DNA of 64,000 nucleotides from the NCBI GenBank assembly GCA_048213135.1, contig PS015016.1, positions 1 to 64,000 on the forward strand, in the 5' to 3' direction. Source of the DNA: Reclinomonas americana ATCC 50394. Taxonomy: Eukaryota. This document shows, one piece after another, positions 14,542 to 28,907 of this stretch (position 1 is its first letter; the number at the start of each line of letters is the position of its first letter). The translations under genes were made by a program, and so were the position numbers. The notes beneath the pieces are model-generated. The model was not told the DNA's origin, ran no database searches, and saw nothing but the letters and a program-made list of their open reading frames with translations.

Positions 14542-15400
14542 GGAGAGAGTGAGAAGGCATGAGCGAGCGCACACTGACTTTCTTTTGTGTGCAGAGTGGA
14601 GGGAACCGAGTGAGAAGACGATTGGGCAACTGCGCAAGTTGAACCAGGCCACCTTCCCGGTGTCATATAGCCCGGTGCGTGCATGCGCTCTGTTGCAGAG
14701 AGAGTGGCTCGTTGTGTGTGTGTGTGCACGACATGTCTGACACGCACTCTTTATGCAGAAATTCTACGAGCAAGTGCTGTCGATCCCGCAGTTCAGCCGC
14801 TTGGGTGTGCATGCTCTGCTCTCCCTCTCACTCTCTCTCTCTCTCTCATCGCATCTGACTGGCATCTTCTCTCTCTATTTGCAGCGTATCATCAAGATGT
14901 GTTGATCGGAGCGCTGTGCAGTCGACTGGAGAACGTGGAGGGCGGCCACGTGCACATGTACATCATGACGTTGGGCGTGCTGGCACCCTATCGCCACTTG
15001 GGCATTGGTGCGTGTACGCCAAGAGACACGAGAGAGAGAGTCGTGCCCTCACTCTCTCCGCCGCTCAGGCACTCGGCTGTTCGACGAGGCGCTGAAGATG
15101 GCGATTGAGCACGACGAAGTGGAGGAGATCTATCTGCATGTACAGACCAGCAACGAGGATGCGCTGCGCTTTTACGCGCGTTTTGGATTCGTGCAGGCGG
15201 AGACCATTGAGAATTACTATCAGCGCATTGAGCCGACATCGTGTTTCGTGCTGCGCAAGCGCATTCGTGAGGGAGCCGGAGCGCAGCCACTGCCGGACGT
15301 GAATGTGGGGTTTGAGTGGGCGGCAGCTGCGGCTGCGGCTGCGGCGGCAGGCGATGCTGGAGCAGGTGGCTCGGCTGCTTCAACGGCCGTGGCAACATGA
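14482..15400 (+). CDS. NAA50: N-terminal acetyltransferase NatE catalytic subunit (GNAT)
   Basis: QLRKLNQATFPVSY, YIMTLGVLAPYRHLGIG, IYLHVQTSNEDALRFYARFGF and NYYQRIEP motifs typical of Naa50/San. Confidence 0.9.
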
Positions 15401-15485
15401 GCAGTCACGCGCGCGTGTGCGTGTGCATTGTATCTTGTGTGTCGTGGCACGAGTGAAGTAGTAGATCTCGATTCACTCGCCGTCG

Positions 15486-16536
15486 CTATCTGTTCTCGAA
15501 TCCAATCGGCAAGTTGCGCAAGTAGGCCAAGGCCGATAACCTGGCGGCAGCGGCCGTCGATGCACAACCAGGACTCAGCAGCATGTCTACAGGGGCGTTT
15601 GCTTTTGAGCGCGACGCATTGGGCGCCACTCGGCGATCGGTGAGCAGCGCCTGCACCGTGCGTGGTGACGACGTGTCGGAGGTGGAGCCGGACACCACGC
15701 CCGTCAGGACGGCTGCAGGTGCCGCGGCCGGAGAATCGACGGCCGTGGGCTCGGAGCGCGGCGAGGTGAACTGCAGCAGCTGCTCAAAGAACTCGGCGGC
15801 CGTGTTTCGTCCGCGCGGTGGCGAGCACGAGTGCCGTGTTCCGCGGAGTGGCAGCGGCAGCGCCAGCTGCAGCTTCAGCGGTCCCAGTGGCGGCTGCTGA
15901 CTCGCAGCTTTCGGCGCCTCCTTGTCGTCCGCCGCCGTCACAGTGGCAGAAGTTGTCGTCACCACTGGCGGCAACTTACTCCTGTCCGAATCCGCTCCAC
16001 TGTCGCCATGTGGCAGACGTCGTCGCGCCGCCGCCACAGCCGCCAGCTGCTTCTCCTTTAGTGCCGACACGTGTGCGGCGAAGCGGTCTGCGGCAGAGGG
16101 AGGCTGTGCGACGATGACCCAATGAGCTCCTCAAAATCAGAGTTGTTAGACGAGATGATCGTCATCAACCAACGCACCTCGCCACTGCCTGTCGCCTGGC
16201 TCTGCTGTGGTGCGTGACGCTGCTCTACATTGTCTTGTTGCTTCTGTGGCAGAGCAAGTGGTGCGAGTGCGCGTCGACCTTTTGCCGTGATTGTTGGATC
16301 TGAGAGCGCGGAGGGCAGTGGCGGGACCACTGTCGGTGACTGTTGCTGGTGGTGGTGGTGGTGGTGATGATGGTGATGGCTCCAGCGTGGGCGACCTGCT
16401 CTCGATGAACAGGGGAAGGGAGAGTGCGTGAGAAACATGCAGCGAGTGAGAAAAGTAGACAAGTCGTCGAAACGCAACGAGGTGGCTCACTCGGTTTGCT
16501 GGCTGGAGGCTCAGGCAGTGCCGACATGTCAATCAT
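15486..16536 (-). CDS. Hypothetical low-complexity protein (Pro/Ala/His-rich)
   Basis: 194-aa open exon 15486-16070 plus upstream open segments. No domain recognised; the 5' end is near an assembly gap. Confidence 0.4.
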
Positions 16537-17291
16537 GTGAGACGTGTGGTGTGTGTCGGAGAGAGGAGGAGAGGGAGGGAGGTGCAGGCGATCTTCTCTC
16601 GCTCGACAGATGAATATTGATTGGTTGGANNNNNNNNNNNNNNNNNNNNNNNNNNNNNNNNNNNNNNNNNNNNNNNNNNNNNNNNNNNNNNNNNNNNNNN
16701 NNNNNNNNNNNNNNNNNNNNNNNNNNNNNNNNNNNNNNNNNNNNNNNNNNNNNNNNNNNNNNNNNNNNNNNNNNNNNNNNNNNNNNNNNNNNNNNNNNNN
16801 NNNNNNNNNNNNNNNNNNNNNNNNNNNNNNNNNNNNNNNNNNNNNNNNNNNNNNNNNNNNNNNNNNNNNNNNNNNNNNNNNNNNNNNNNNNNNNNNNNNN
16901 NNNNNNNNNNNNNNNNNNNNNNNNNNNNNNNNNNNNNNNNNNNNNNNNNNNNNNNNNNNNNNNNNNNNNNNNNNNNNNNNNNNNNNNNNNNNNTAATACA
17001 GGGTGGTTGGTTACCGGAGCAACCGCCAGTTCGGTTTGCAGCCGCCTCGTGCGGGGTGATGATGAGGATGCGGTGGGGGGGGGCGCCGAGTGGCTGCGTG
17101 GGAAAGCCGGTTGCTCCGGACACCGCCAATAAAAAGACGCAAGCATGCATTTTTCACTGTCGTCGAGCTCAAGATCCTTCTGAGCAGTCTGGCCAGCGCT
17201 GGACGACTCGCGCTTGTCGTTGCAGTCGACGGCTGGCCTCCTTGCATGCGCGTTTTGCCGGTCACATGCCGCCGCAATCGAGTCGCAGCCC

Positions 17292-18740
17292 TCATGCACT
17301 GACGTCGGCTGGTGGCGGTGTTCCGCGCATCTGCGCAGACAACAAGAAGCGATGAGACTGACGGGGGCGACAATGCATGCATCTGCAAGCAGCTCACCAG
17401 ATGCGCCATGTTCCACAGCTCGAGTGGCTTCTTGGCATAATTGCTCTCGGAATTGGCCGCAGTGGCTTTGAGCAGACCATGTCGTACGAGCCAGCGCCAC
17501 ACTTGTGCGCGACCGCGCGCCGTGTTCTCCGGCATGCGATCGGCGCCGCCGATCGGCACGTGATATCGCGTTGGCACGGTGGAATTCGGATCGGTGGCAG
17601 CCGAGTCGCCGGTGGTCGCCGCCGTGGCGGCTCCGTTGCGCACTCGAATGTCGTAGTGCACAATCGCGTGATCAAAGGCGCCGTACACATCTGCACAAAG
17701 TGAGCTTCACGAGGTGAGGGTGACGACGATTTTGCGCCCGACGCACCGAATATCCACGGATCCACGTACAACGAGCGCCAGTGCACCTGCAGATAATGTG
17801 TGAGTCCATGCCTCGCCACCGCCACCGCAGCTCAGGAGCACGCACCGCGTAATAGACGTTATCGAAAATCTCGAGGTGGGTCCGGTGAGTCTGCATGCAT
17901 GCACGCAATGAGTGCAACTGCGCGGGTGCCTCTTCCCCACGCACACACACACACCATATGGAAGGTCGGGTAGTTGCGCTTCGAGTGCTGCGCATCGCCG
18001 CCCGTTGGACTCAAGTCGCTGCATGAGGGGGATGAGCGCGAAAACAACACAAAAGCGTGGGAGAAACCTGCTTACCAAAACGATACCACGCCCACATTAT
18101 CCATCTGCGCCAGCGTCTGCGTGGCCAGCGTCGTCCACCCAGGCGTCAACAACAGCATATCATCGTTGGTGGGCACAAAGTAATCGCAGCGATCCTCGGT
18201 GAGCGCCAAGCCCGCCAAGTGATTCCAAATCCCCGTTAACGCCCCTCCACTGTACCCATACAGTCGCACCCAGCGCAAGTGCACAGCCACTCCCATGCCC
18301 GCCTTGGCCACCTCTTGCTGCAAGTGGCGACTGTAGGCGGCCTGCACCTCGGGGCGATCGTATCCATAGTCCCACATGTCAAAGCCCACATACAAAAAGT
18401 ACTCAAAGCCGCGCTCGCCCGTGCGCGCCAGAGTCGGCACAAACGCCGCCAGTGAAGGCAGCTTGGTGACGTCAGACTTGTCGCCCTTGAAGCCGTTGGA
18501 GGTCACCGGGTGCAGCAGTGCCACGCGTGGTTTCATCTGTTGCATTCGTTGAGTGTGCTGCTCGCGTGTGTGTGTGTGCGCAGAGAGAATGAGCCCCACC
18601 ACTCGTGTCATGGGCGTCCACATGGCAAAGAGCACAAGCGCCACCAGGCCAACAGGGATGAGCCACAGAGCATAGCCGCGCACGCGTTCCATGTCGAAGG
18701 ACAAACGGACTTGGCGGACTTCCGTCACTTTCTTTCTCAT
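17292..18740 (-). CDS. Type II membrane GT-A-fold glycosyltransferase-like protein
   Basis: N-terminal TM (ALWLIPVGLVALVLFAMW), LYVGFD, GALTGIWNHLA, CDYFVPTNDDMLL (DxD-like NDD) and YVDPWIF motifs. Confidence 0.7.
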
Positions 18741-18916
18741 GGCCTCTCTCGCGACAGCGTTGTTTGCCCGTGCGGTCTGTCTCACGCTCACTCAACACAC
18801 ATGCTTGTTGTCTTTGCTGCTGCTGCTGACTCACTCATTGTGGCGCGCAGGTGGGTTTCGTGGAGAACTTGGTGCTTGGTGCCGATGGCAACTATCACAG
18901 CATGAGTGAGGTACCG

Positions 18917-21761
<2,845 letters not shown>

Positions 21762-21769
21762 GCGCAGCT

Positions 21770-24391
21770 CTACGCTGCCGGGCCTGAGTGTGCTTTCCAA
21801 CGCTGCCAGTCGTCCTCACACATGGTAAACGTGGCCACTTGTTGTTGACTGAGATGTCCGCCAAAGTAGCTGGCGATTTCTGTTGTGTGTTTGACAGAGT
21901 GAGTGCGAGGGGGGAGGGAGAGAAGGGGGAGCAGGCGTTGTGACGCACTGTTTCTGTCATCATTGTCGTCTGGGGATACGCTGCGCAGAAGCACCTTGAC
22001 ACGGCTGCAGCTGCGATGGATGTGGTGAGTACTTGCTGCTGTGTTGTGCAAGCAGGTTGATGCGCGTCACCTCGGCTGTTCTCCCTGTTGCTCCTGTGTC
22101 GCCATTGTGTTATCCACGGCTGCGCAGAAGCACACAAAAGGCAGAAGGTAACGTGAGTGGCAGTGTCGCATAGGGAAAAGGTGGGGAACAAACGACGCAC
22201 CACACGCCACGGCACCCAGCGGTCGGTATCCGGCAGCTGCGTGCAGAAGGAGCGACCGGTAAGTGTACATTCATTGACCTCGCGTTCGCGTATTTCGAAC
22301 AGACCTGCGCTGGCTTCGGCCAGAGCGAGACTGAGTTCCGGAGTGAGGTTGGCGACACTCGGTGGGATCTGTGTGTGTGGCGACTAGGGATGGTCGGCAG
22401 CGATCCTTCTCTGGTGACTGCAACAGCACGGACCTCAATTCCCAGGCATCGTACCGCTGGTGAGGGTGACATTGGTGATGATAGTGAGCAAGCTGCTTCA
22501 CATCCCCGGAATGCGTGACACTCACCGTGATCGCTTTGCAGACTGATTTCAATCGGGAACGACTCGTGCACCAGCTCGTCGACCTTGCGCTGTCTGTCAT
22601 CGAGAACCTTCTTGCCGAGAGCAATGACTGCCGACGGCGGCAGCGACACGAGCTTGTCGAAGAGGTCGGGATGCTTGGCCACGTCCAGCTCCAACTCGAG
22701 TGCTGACAGAGGACAACAATGACATTGGTTGATACCTCTATGACTTGGTACAACGCACGCCTGAGCTCACCCGACAGGCCGACTGTATACGCCTACACGC
22801 GCGGATGTGTTAGCAGCGCATCAAGGGCTCAACGCAGAAGACGGTCAGTAGCTCACCTTGGAGTCGGGGACTGTGATCGGGAAGAAGAGAGGCCGAAAAG
22901 TGAGTAATTGTTTGCTCTGTCATCTTTGCCTGTCGCCACTTACTCACGTTGGTGGCGCCACAGCTTGTTGTCCTATACGTACGTGCATGCACAACACGTG
23001 CGTGAGACGCAGGCGCGGAACAAGCGCGGTGAGAGCGTACCTCAATGTTACGAAAGGCTTGCATGAGCTGCTCTGCCGAGTCGCCGTGCGGCGTGCCAGC
23101 CAGCAACGTACCGGGCGTGCTCCCGCGTGGTCGTTGAGTTTTTCCAACCCACAGCAGTGTGCTGAAGTAGTCCCACGCCATGGTGGCACTCGAGCGCAAC
23201 GAGTCGACATGCAGTTCCAGATTGGCCGGCATCTGGCCAGTCTGTGACGATCGTGTGAGTTATCAACAGTCACTCATTGAATGGAGAGATGTGTTCGACG
23301 CAGACCACAATGAGCTCGGTGGTGTACTCTAGTGCCTGCTTGTGATGATCGAGGACGATAATCTGTGGCGCGAAACAGTGAGTGCCTGTCGGTGCAGTGT
23401 GCTCCGAGCACGAACCTTGGTGTTCGGCAGTGCGGTGGCCAGTTTTGTGAGGAACCCTGCCGGCCCAATGTAGTCACAGACGTACACTGCGCAGAGAAGA
23501 AGCATGAGTGGAGAATGACACGCACTGGCGAGAACACTGCCAAGCATACCTCGCTTGGTTGTGCGCGGATCCACCGGCAGCGCACCAATATCGAGCGGCC
23601 GATCCTCACAATGTGCGACGAACCCCACCGACTCACCACTACGCATTCATATACTCAGTATCGCGTCGAAAGAGAGGATCACAGACAGGGAGCGATCGCA
23701 ACGTCCTGCGGTGATACAGCCAGGCCGCCAGCGCAGCAAAGACACCGTCGACGCACTGCACGAGATGTTGGTGACAACAACAACAACTTTACTAACCCAA
23801 ACAGCAACACAGACGATGATCTCACTGAAACACACGATGGTCTTCGAGCTCACGCACCGGATGATGATAGAGGACGAGAGACGACGGCAGGCAACCACGG
23901 GCGTCCTGCATATCTATGCCAACAAAAACAAAACCGTGATCGCGTGAGTTCGAAAACACCGGTTTTTCTCCGATCGCAAGAGAATCTCTCCTTAGCAAGC
24001 GACTGTGCCACTCACCCGGCAGCACAGTGTTTCCGCTCTGGAACTGAGCAATGCGGTCCACTGTCTCCCGAATGCCCACGCCCTCGTGCTCATCCGCCTG
24101 CGGTGCAGTACTCGGCGTGATTCCTTTCGTTTTCCCCTGTGCTCTCTGCACCGACGCTGGCGGCGTGAAATGGTGCTCCAGAGTCGGCAGTGCATCGCCC
24201 GGAGCCGAATGTGCTTCTGGACCGTCTCCACCCGCCGCTCGTTCTCGCGATCCCTCGTCTCGCGCCGCGTCTCCGTTGCCCAGTTGCTCGCCAAGCAGCT
24301 GGCGATGCAGCACGGTGTTGCCGCCCACCACGAACCCGTACAGACCGGTGGTGCCAGCCAGTGAGCAGACCAGCAGGCGTTTCCACAGCAT
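21770..24391 (-). CDS. DHH/DHHA1-family phosphoesterase (possibly organelle-targeted)
   Basis: Spliced motifs LVLYHHP|CVDGVFAALAAWLY, VYVCDY, IIVLDHHKQA, RSSATMAWDYF, IE|DNKLWR and C-terminal VKVLLRS...EIASYFGGH...WQRWK follow the DHH-DHHA1 layout. Confidence 0.75.
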
Positions 24392-24513
24392 GTGCTTGTT
24401 GGCTCTTGTTTTTCTGGGTCGTTTTTCTTGCAAGTGGAATCCATGGAGTCGCGATGGACAGACTGCTGCAGTCGCCACATAACACACTACACTCTCACTT
24501 TGGTCGCACTCAC

Positions 24514-26989
24514 ATGCTACTACGTGCGCTGTGTTCCAGTCGCCTCGCGCACTGGATGCGACCAGCGCCCGGACCATCATCGCTCTCTGCACTTGTCACT
24601 GGGCAGTTGCGTTGGTTCACCAAGTCCAGCGGCAACACCAAGGACACCACTCCACCCACCGCCGCCAAGACTGCACCTGCTCGACAACATGCACCGCCAC
24701 AACGAGCGGGAGCCACATCGCCACCTCCACCGACATTGTCTTCTGCTCTGCAGCGCAAACCCACGCATGTGCGTCGTCGCCCGCCAGCTGCGTCTTCCAC
24801 TGCACCTGCAAGTGCGGCGGCAGCAGCGGCAGCAGCAACAGTCGCAGGAGGAGGAGCATCGCGACCACCGCCACGCCGTCATGTGAGTGGCGCAGTGGCG
24901 GGTGCTGCTCACTCACAGCATGCACATGCACCGCGAGTGCATGGCAAAGGCGACGATCATCACAGGAGACGCACCACGCGCCCACACGTTGCAGTTGCGT
25001 CTCTCTCTCTCTCTCTCTCTCTCTCATTCGTGTGTGCGTGCATTGGGCACTGACAATGTGTGTGTATACACAGCGGCAAAAGTTGGTTCGCACGCTGGAG
25101 AGTGTGGCCGAGTCGCTGGCCAATGCGGCGTCGCCAGGCGAGCTCGGCCCGCACCATTACGCCACGGCGGTCACCTCGCTGCGCGGTCGTCGGAATCGCC
25201 CGGATGCTGTGCCGGCCGAGCATCTGGCGCCCGTCACACGCGATGTTTCGCATCCCGAGGTTCTGTGCGCCCAGCCGCGCTCGCAGCCACTGTCCGACAC
25301 CGCGCAGGCGCTCGTGCACGGCAAGACGCAACTGGTGTTTGCGGCAGGCACGCTGCATGGTGGGTGGTCCTCTTTGCGTTGCCTGCTTCTCCGGTCGTGT
25401 GTGTAACGATATCCGTGTGTGCTGCAGCGATTCAACCGCCGGTGAACATACCCGTACCGCAGCTGGCGCACTCGCTGCGCGATGTCATCTTCCGTGGCGG
25501 CTTGCACACACTGCGTGAGCTCCCGTTTGGACGCTTCAATTTTTCGCCGTATCTGCGCACGGTCGTGCAGCCGCAGAACATTGGTACGTGCACGCTTCTC
25601 ACACGCTTCTTGCGCGTATGTATGAATCCTCCTCACTCATTGTCACCGCTTGCGCAGATTTTGATGCACTGCCGTCGTTTGTCACACCGTCGTCGGATGT
25701 GCAGCTGGCCGAGTTGGCGGTGCGCCAGCAGTGTCGCTTCACTGGCTCGACTTCCAGTGTCACGGGCATTCTGTCGCAGCTGTACTTTGCCATCAGCAAC
25801 TTCCGTCCCGTGTCGATGGACCGGCTGCACACGTTCAGCAATGCGCCGAGCCACTTTACTCCCAGCACGCGAAAACCCGTGGCTGTGTTTGTACGGTGAG
25901 GATCAGACAAGTGCTTGTCCGTGCAGTCTCGCTCGTGTCTGTCGTGCTCACCTTGTGGCACGGTAGACCACGCACGCTGGATGCCGACAGCAAGGGCGCA
26001 CCGGGCAGGCGCGTGTACTCGGTCGACTCGAACTCGTTGCTGTCTGTGAGCCGCTCGCCGATTTTGTTGGACCTCGGCAAGAGTCTCGAACGCATGCTCA
26101 CGCTCTCCGAAGAGGACTTCAACAAGTACCTCGTGCGCGGGCCGTCAGCCAATGGTGTGTGTGTGTGGACTATGTGAATCTTTTATTTACGCTGTCGTTC
26201 CCTCTTTTATTCTCAATGGTGGAATGCAGTGCCGTACTCGGAGCCGGTGGCCTACAACTACCTGCAAGTCGGCGACATGTTGCTACGCTCGCAGTTGGAT
26301 TGCTATGACCCGGACCTGCCGCCGCCGTGCCAGACCTTTGACCTGAAGACGCGTGCGACGCTGGCCATCCGCACCGACCTGGAGAATTACGCGCAGCGTC
26401 TGAACTACAAGCTGGAGTATCTCACTGGCTATTCGCGCTCGTACGAGCGCGAGTTCTACGACATGGTGCGCTCCGTCTTCATCAAGTACTGCTTCCAGGC
26501 GCGCATCGGTCGCATGCACGGCATCTTTGTGACGTACCACAACACGGACGAGATCTTTGGTTTCGAGTACGTGTCGCTGGCGGAGATGGAGCGACGAGTG
26601 TACGGCAGCACCGAGTGTGCCAAGCAGGTGTTTGGCATCACCAGCGTGTTGATGAACCGGATGCTGACCGAACTCGTCAACCGCTTCCCCGACAAGGTGA
26701 GACGTGCGGTGAAGGAGTTCAGTGGTGAGGGCTCTGACGGTTGCTGCGTTGCAGGTGCTGAATGTGCTGGTAAGTGTGCCGCACTCTGACCGGCAGGCCA
26801 AGGGCTCGTGTGAGATCCAGCAACTGCACGTCTTCTACGAGCCCATGGATGCGCAGGATGATCCCGGATGGACCGACGCGTCGGCGGCCGATTCGATTCG
26901 GCATGCCATGATAAGTAACTACATGACAGCCATGCTGCGCGGTACGTTTCCCTCTCTACTTTCTGTCTGTGAAAGAGAGATTGACTCTG

Positions 26990-27052
<63 letters not shown>

Positions 27053-27479
27053 NNNNNNNNNNNNNNNNNNNNNNNNNNNNNNNNNNNNNNNNNNNNNNNN
27101 NNNNNNNNNNNNNNNNNNNNNNNNNNNNNNNNNNNNNNNNNNNNNNNNNNNNNNNNNNNNNNNNNNNNNNNNNNNNNNNNNNNNNNNNNNNNNNNNNNNN
27201 NNNNNNNNNNNNNNNNNNNNNNNNNNNNNNNNNNNNNNNNNNNNNNTGCACACTCACTCTCTCTCTCGTTTGCTCGAGTTTTGCCATCTCACTCTCTCAC
27301 AGGTGTACTATTCGTTCAAACACGCGGGCAACACGCTCGACGACCAGCAAGTACGCGAGGAGTGTGTCCGCGCCTACTGCAAAGCGGCCATGGACGACAT
27401 TCCGAATCCCACTGGCAGCACACCAACAACAACAACAACAACAGCGGCGACGACGCCAACGGATGACAAGGGCGGCTAA
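24514..27479 (+). CDS. PET127: Mitochondrial 5'-3' RNA-processing exonuclease Pet127
   Basis: Arg-rich presequence; VPQLAHSL, FTGSTSSVTGILSQLYF, LLRSQLDCYD, FDLKTRA and YEREFYDMVRSVFIKYCFQARIGRMHGIFVTYHNTDEIFGFEY are Pet127 signatures. Confidence 0.92.
26991..27052. repeat. (TG)n microsatellite abutting an assembly gap
   Basis: About 31 TG units in a PET127 intron. Confidence 0.9.
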
Positions 27480-27530
27480 ACCAACGATAATACACGATCT
27501 ACTCAATACTCGCCACTCGCGTGATGGATG

Positions 27531-28182
27531 TCACTCTTCATCGTCATCGTCGTCCCAACCCTCGGTGGAGTAGTTCTCGACAAGATCATCGTGGCGGCCA
27601 AACTTGCTCAAGAAACCCGCCGCGCCATACTGCAGCACGTACACCTTGCACTTGTGCGGATTGCCGCTCTCGGCCAGCGCCTCGGCAAACTCGGAGGCCG
27701 CCGACGGACCACGCACTTGCGAAAACATGCTGATTGCGTTCCTCAATCAGTACACAGAAGCGCGCAGAGAACAGCGTGTGCACTCACCAGTGAAACACGT
27801 ACGTGCGAGGCTCCCGCTGCGCCTCCTGCACCAACTTTTCCACCTGCACGGCACCAAAGCTGCGCGTGCTGCGGATTTCAGTTGTCTCTCTCTCTGCACA
27901 CGTGCACAGATCATGGCTTGCAGCACGCACCGTGCCGAGGGCATGTTGCGTGCCCCCACCAAGTTACCACCGGCAAAGTCCGAGTCGCGCATGTCAATGA
28001 TGGAGAGCTTACCGACAGGTGTCGCCTCGCTCGAACGCATCCACGTGGCCAGCACCTCATTGCTCACCTGCATTCACAGTCACACTCACAAACTGACAAC
28101 AGCTATTTGCCTGCTCCGTTTCGCACGCAACATACGCCCATCCCTCCTCACTGTCGCCTCCTCCATCGGCCGCACTCATCAT
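27531..28182 (-). CDS. Rhodanese-fold Cdc25-like phosphatase / arsenate reductase (Acr2/Ibp1/Ych1-like)
   Basis: IIDMRDSDFAGGNLVGARNMPS, spliced active site YVFHC|MFSQVRGP (CX5R), and VYVLQYG. Confidence 0.85.
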
Positions 28183-28388
28183 CGGTGTGGTTGACGACGA
28201 TCGGAGAAACTGGCGGCAACGTGCAGAAATCACGCGTCGACACAGACTAAACAAACCCGCGGGAAGGCCCACCACAAAGAACAGCGCGCTGCTCACGAAC
28301 ACCACCACCACAGTGACGAGGTGAAGCACAACGCGAACTATTCTTGAAAGACACAAAGCGCGCGCGCGCGCGCGAGTGTATTTTTGTC

Positions 28389-28407
28389 AAAGGCAGGTGG
28401 GTCAACT
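28389..28407 (+). repeat. Left terminal inverted repeat AAAGGCAGGTGGGTCAACT
   Basis: Exact reverse complement of 40619-40637. Followed by GTAAGCCGACAG (28411-28422), whose inverse is at 40593-40604. Confidence 0.95.
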
Positions 28408-28907
28408 GATGTAAGCCGACAGCGCAAAATCCCGTCGATTGGCAGTCCAAACTGGATTTTGGAGACACATGGTGGTCACGGCGGCCGAGGTGGGGCGGGC
28501 CCAGTGAAGGTGCACGCGTGGACTGTATTGGCTCATTTCGTAGCCAATGAAACGAGCTACAAAGTGATGTCTGCGGATCTGCTCGGCGACCTTCCGTCGA
28601 GGAGAGCGGCGCGTCCAAAGTCAAAAGTGCCGATTTTTCGCCAGAAATCGACCTTTGTTGTCGTCGTGCCGACACCTTCCTCCGAGGCGCTGAGGTCACA
28701 CCGAGGGTCATCTGAAAGGCCTTTCGCTGGGCTATTGTGTAAATTCAGAAAAAACAACGCCACTATTTCCTGTCGTCCAGGAGGACTGAAACACATGCCG
28801 AGATCCACATTTCGCGCGCGCGCGAAACGTTGCCTCGGAAATAACAACTCTGTCTTTCTTTTGTGTCGCGAGAGGGGGCCAACAGGGTCTTGTGGGGGGC
28901 GCCGACC

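Noticed and set aside
16630-16992. ORFs crossing N-runs (also 21221-21576, 27053-27246, 60423-60556)
   Set aside because: Assembly gaps; the poly-X translations are artefacts.
28810-28827. Palindrome TTTCGCGCGCGCGCGAAA and other (CG)n tracts near gene starts
   Set aside because: (CG)n is self-complementary by nature and microsatellites are abundant here; not enough to call a regulatory element.
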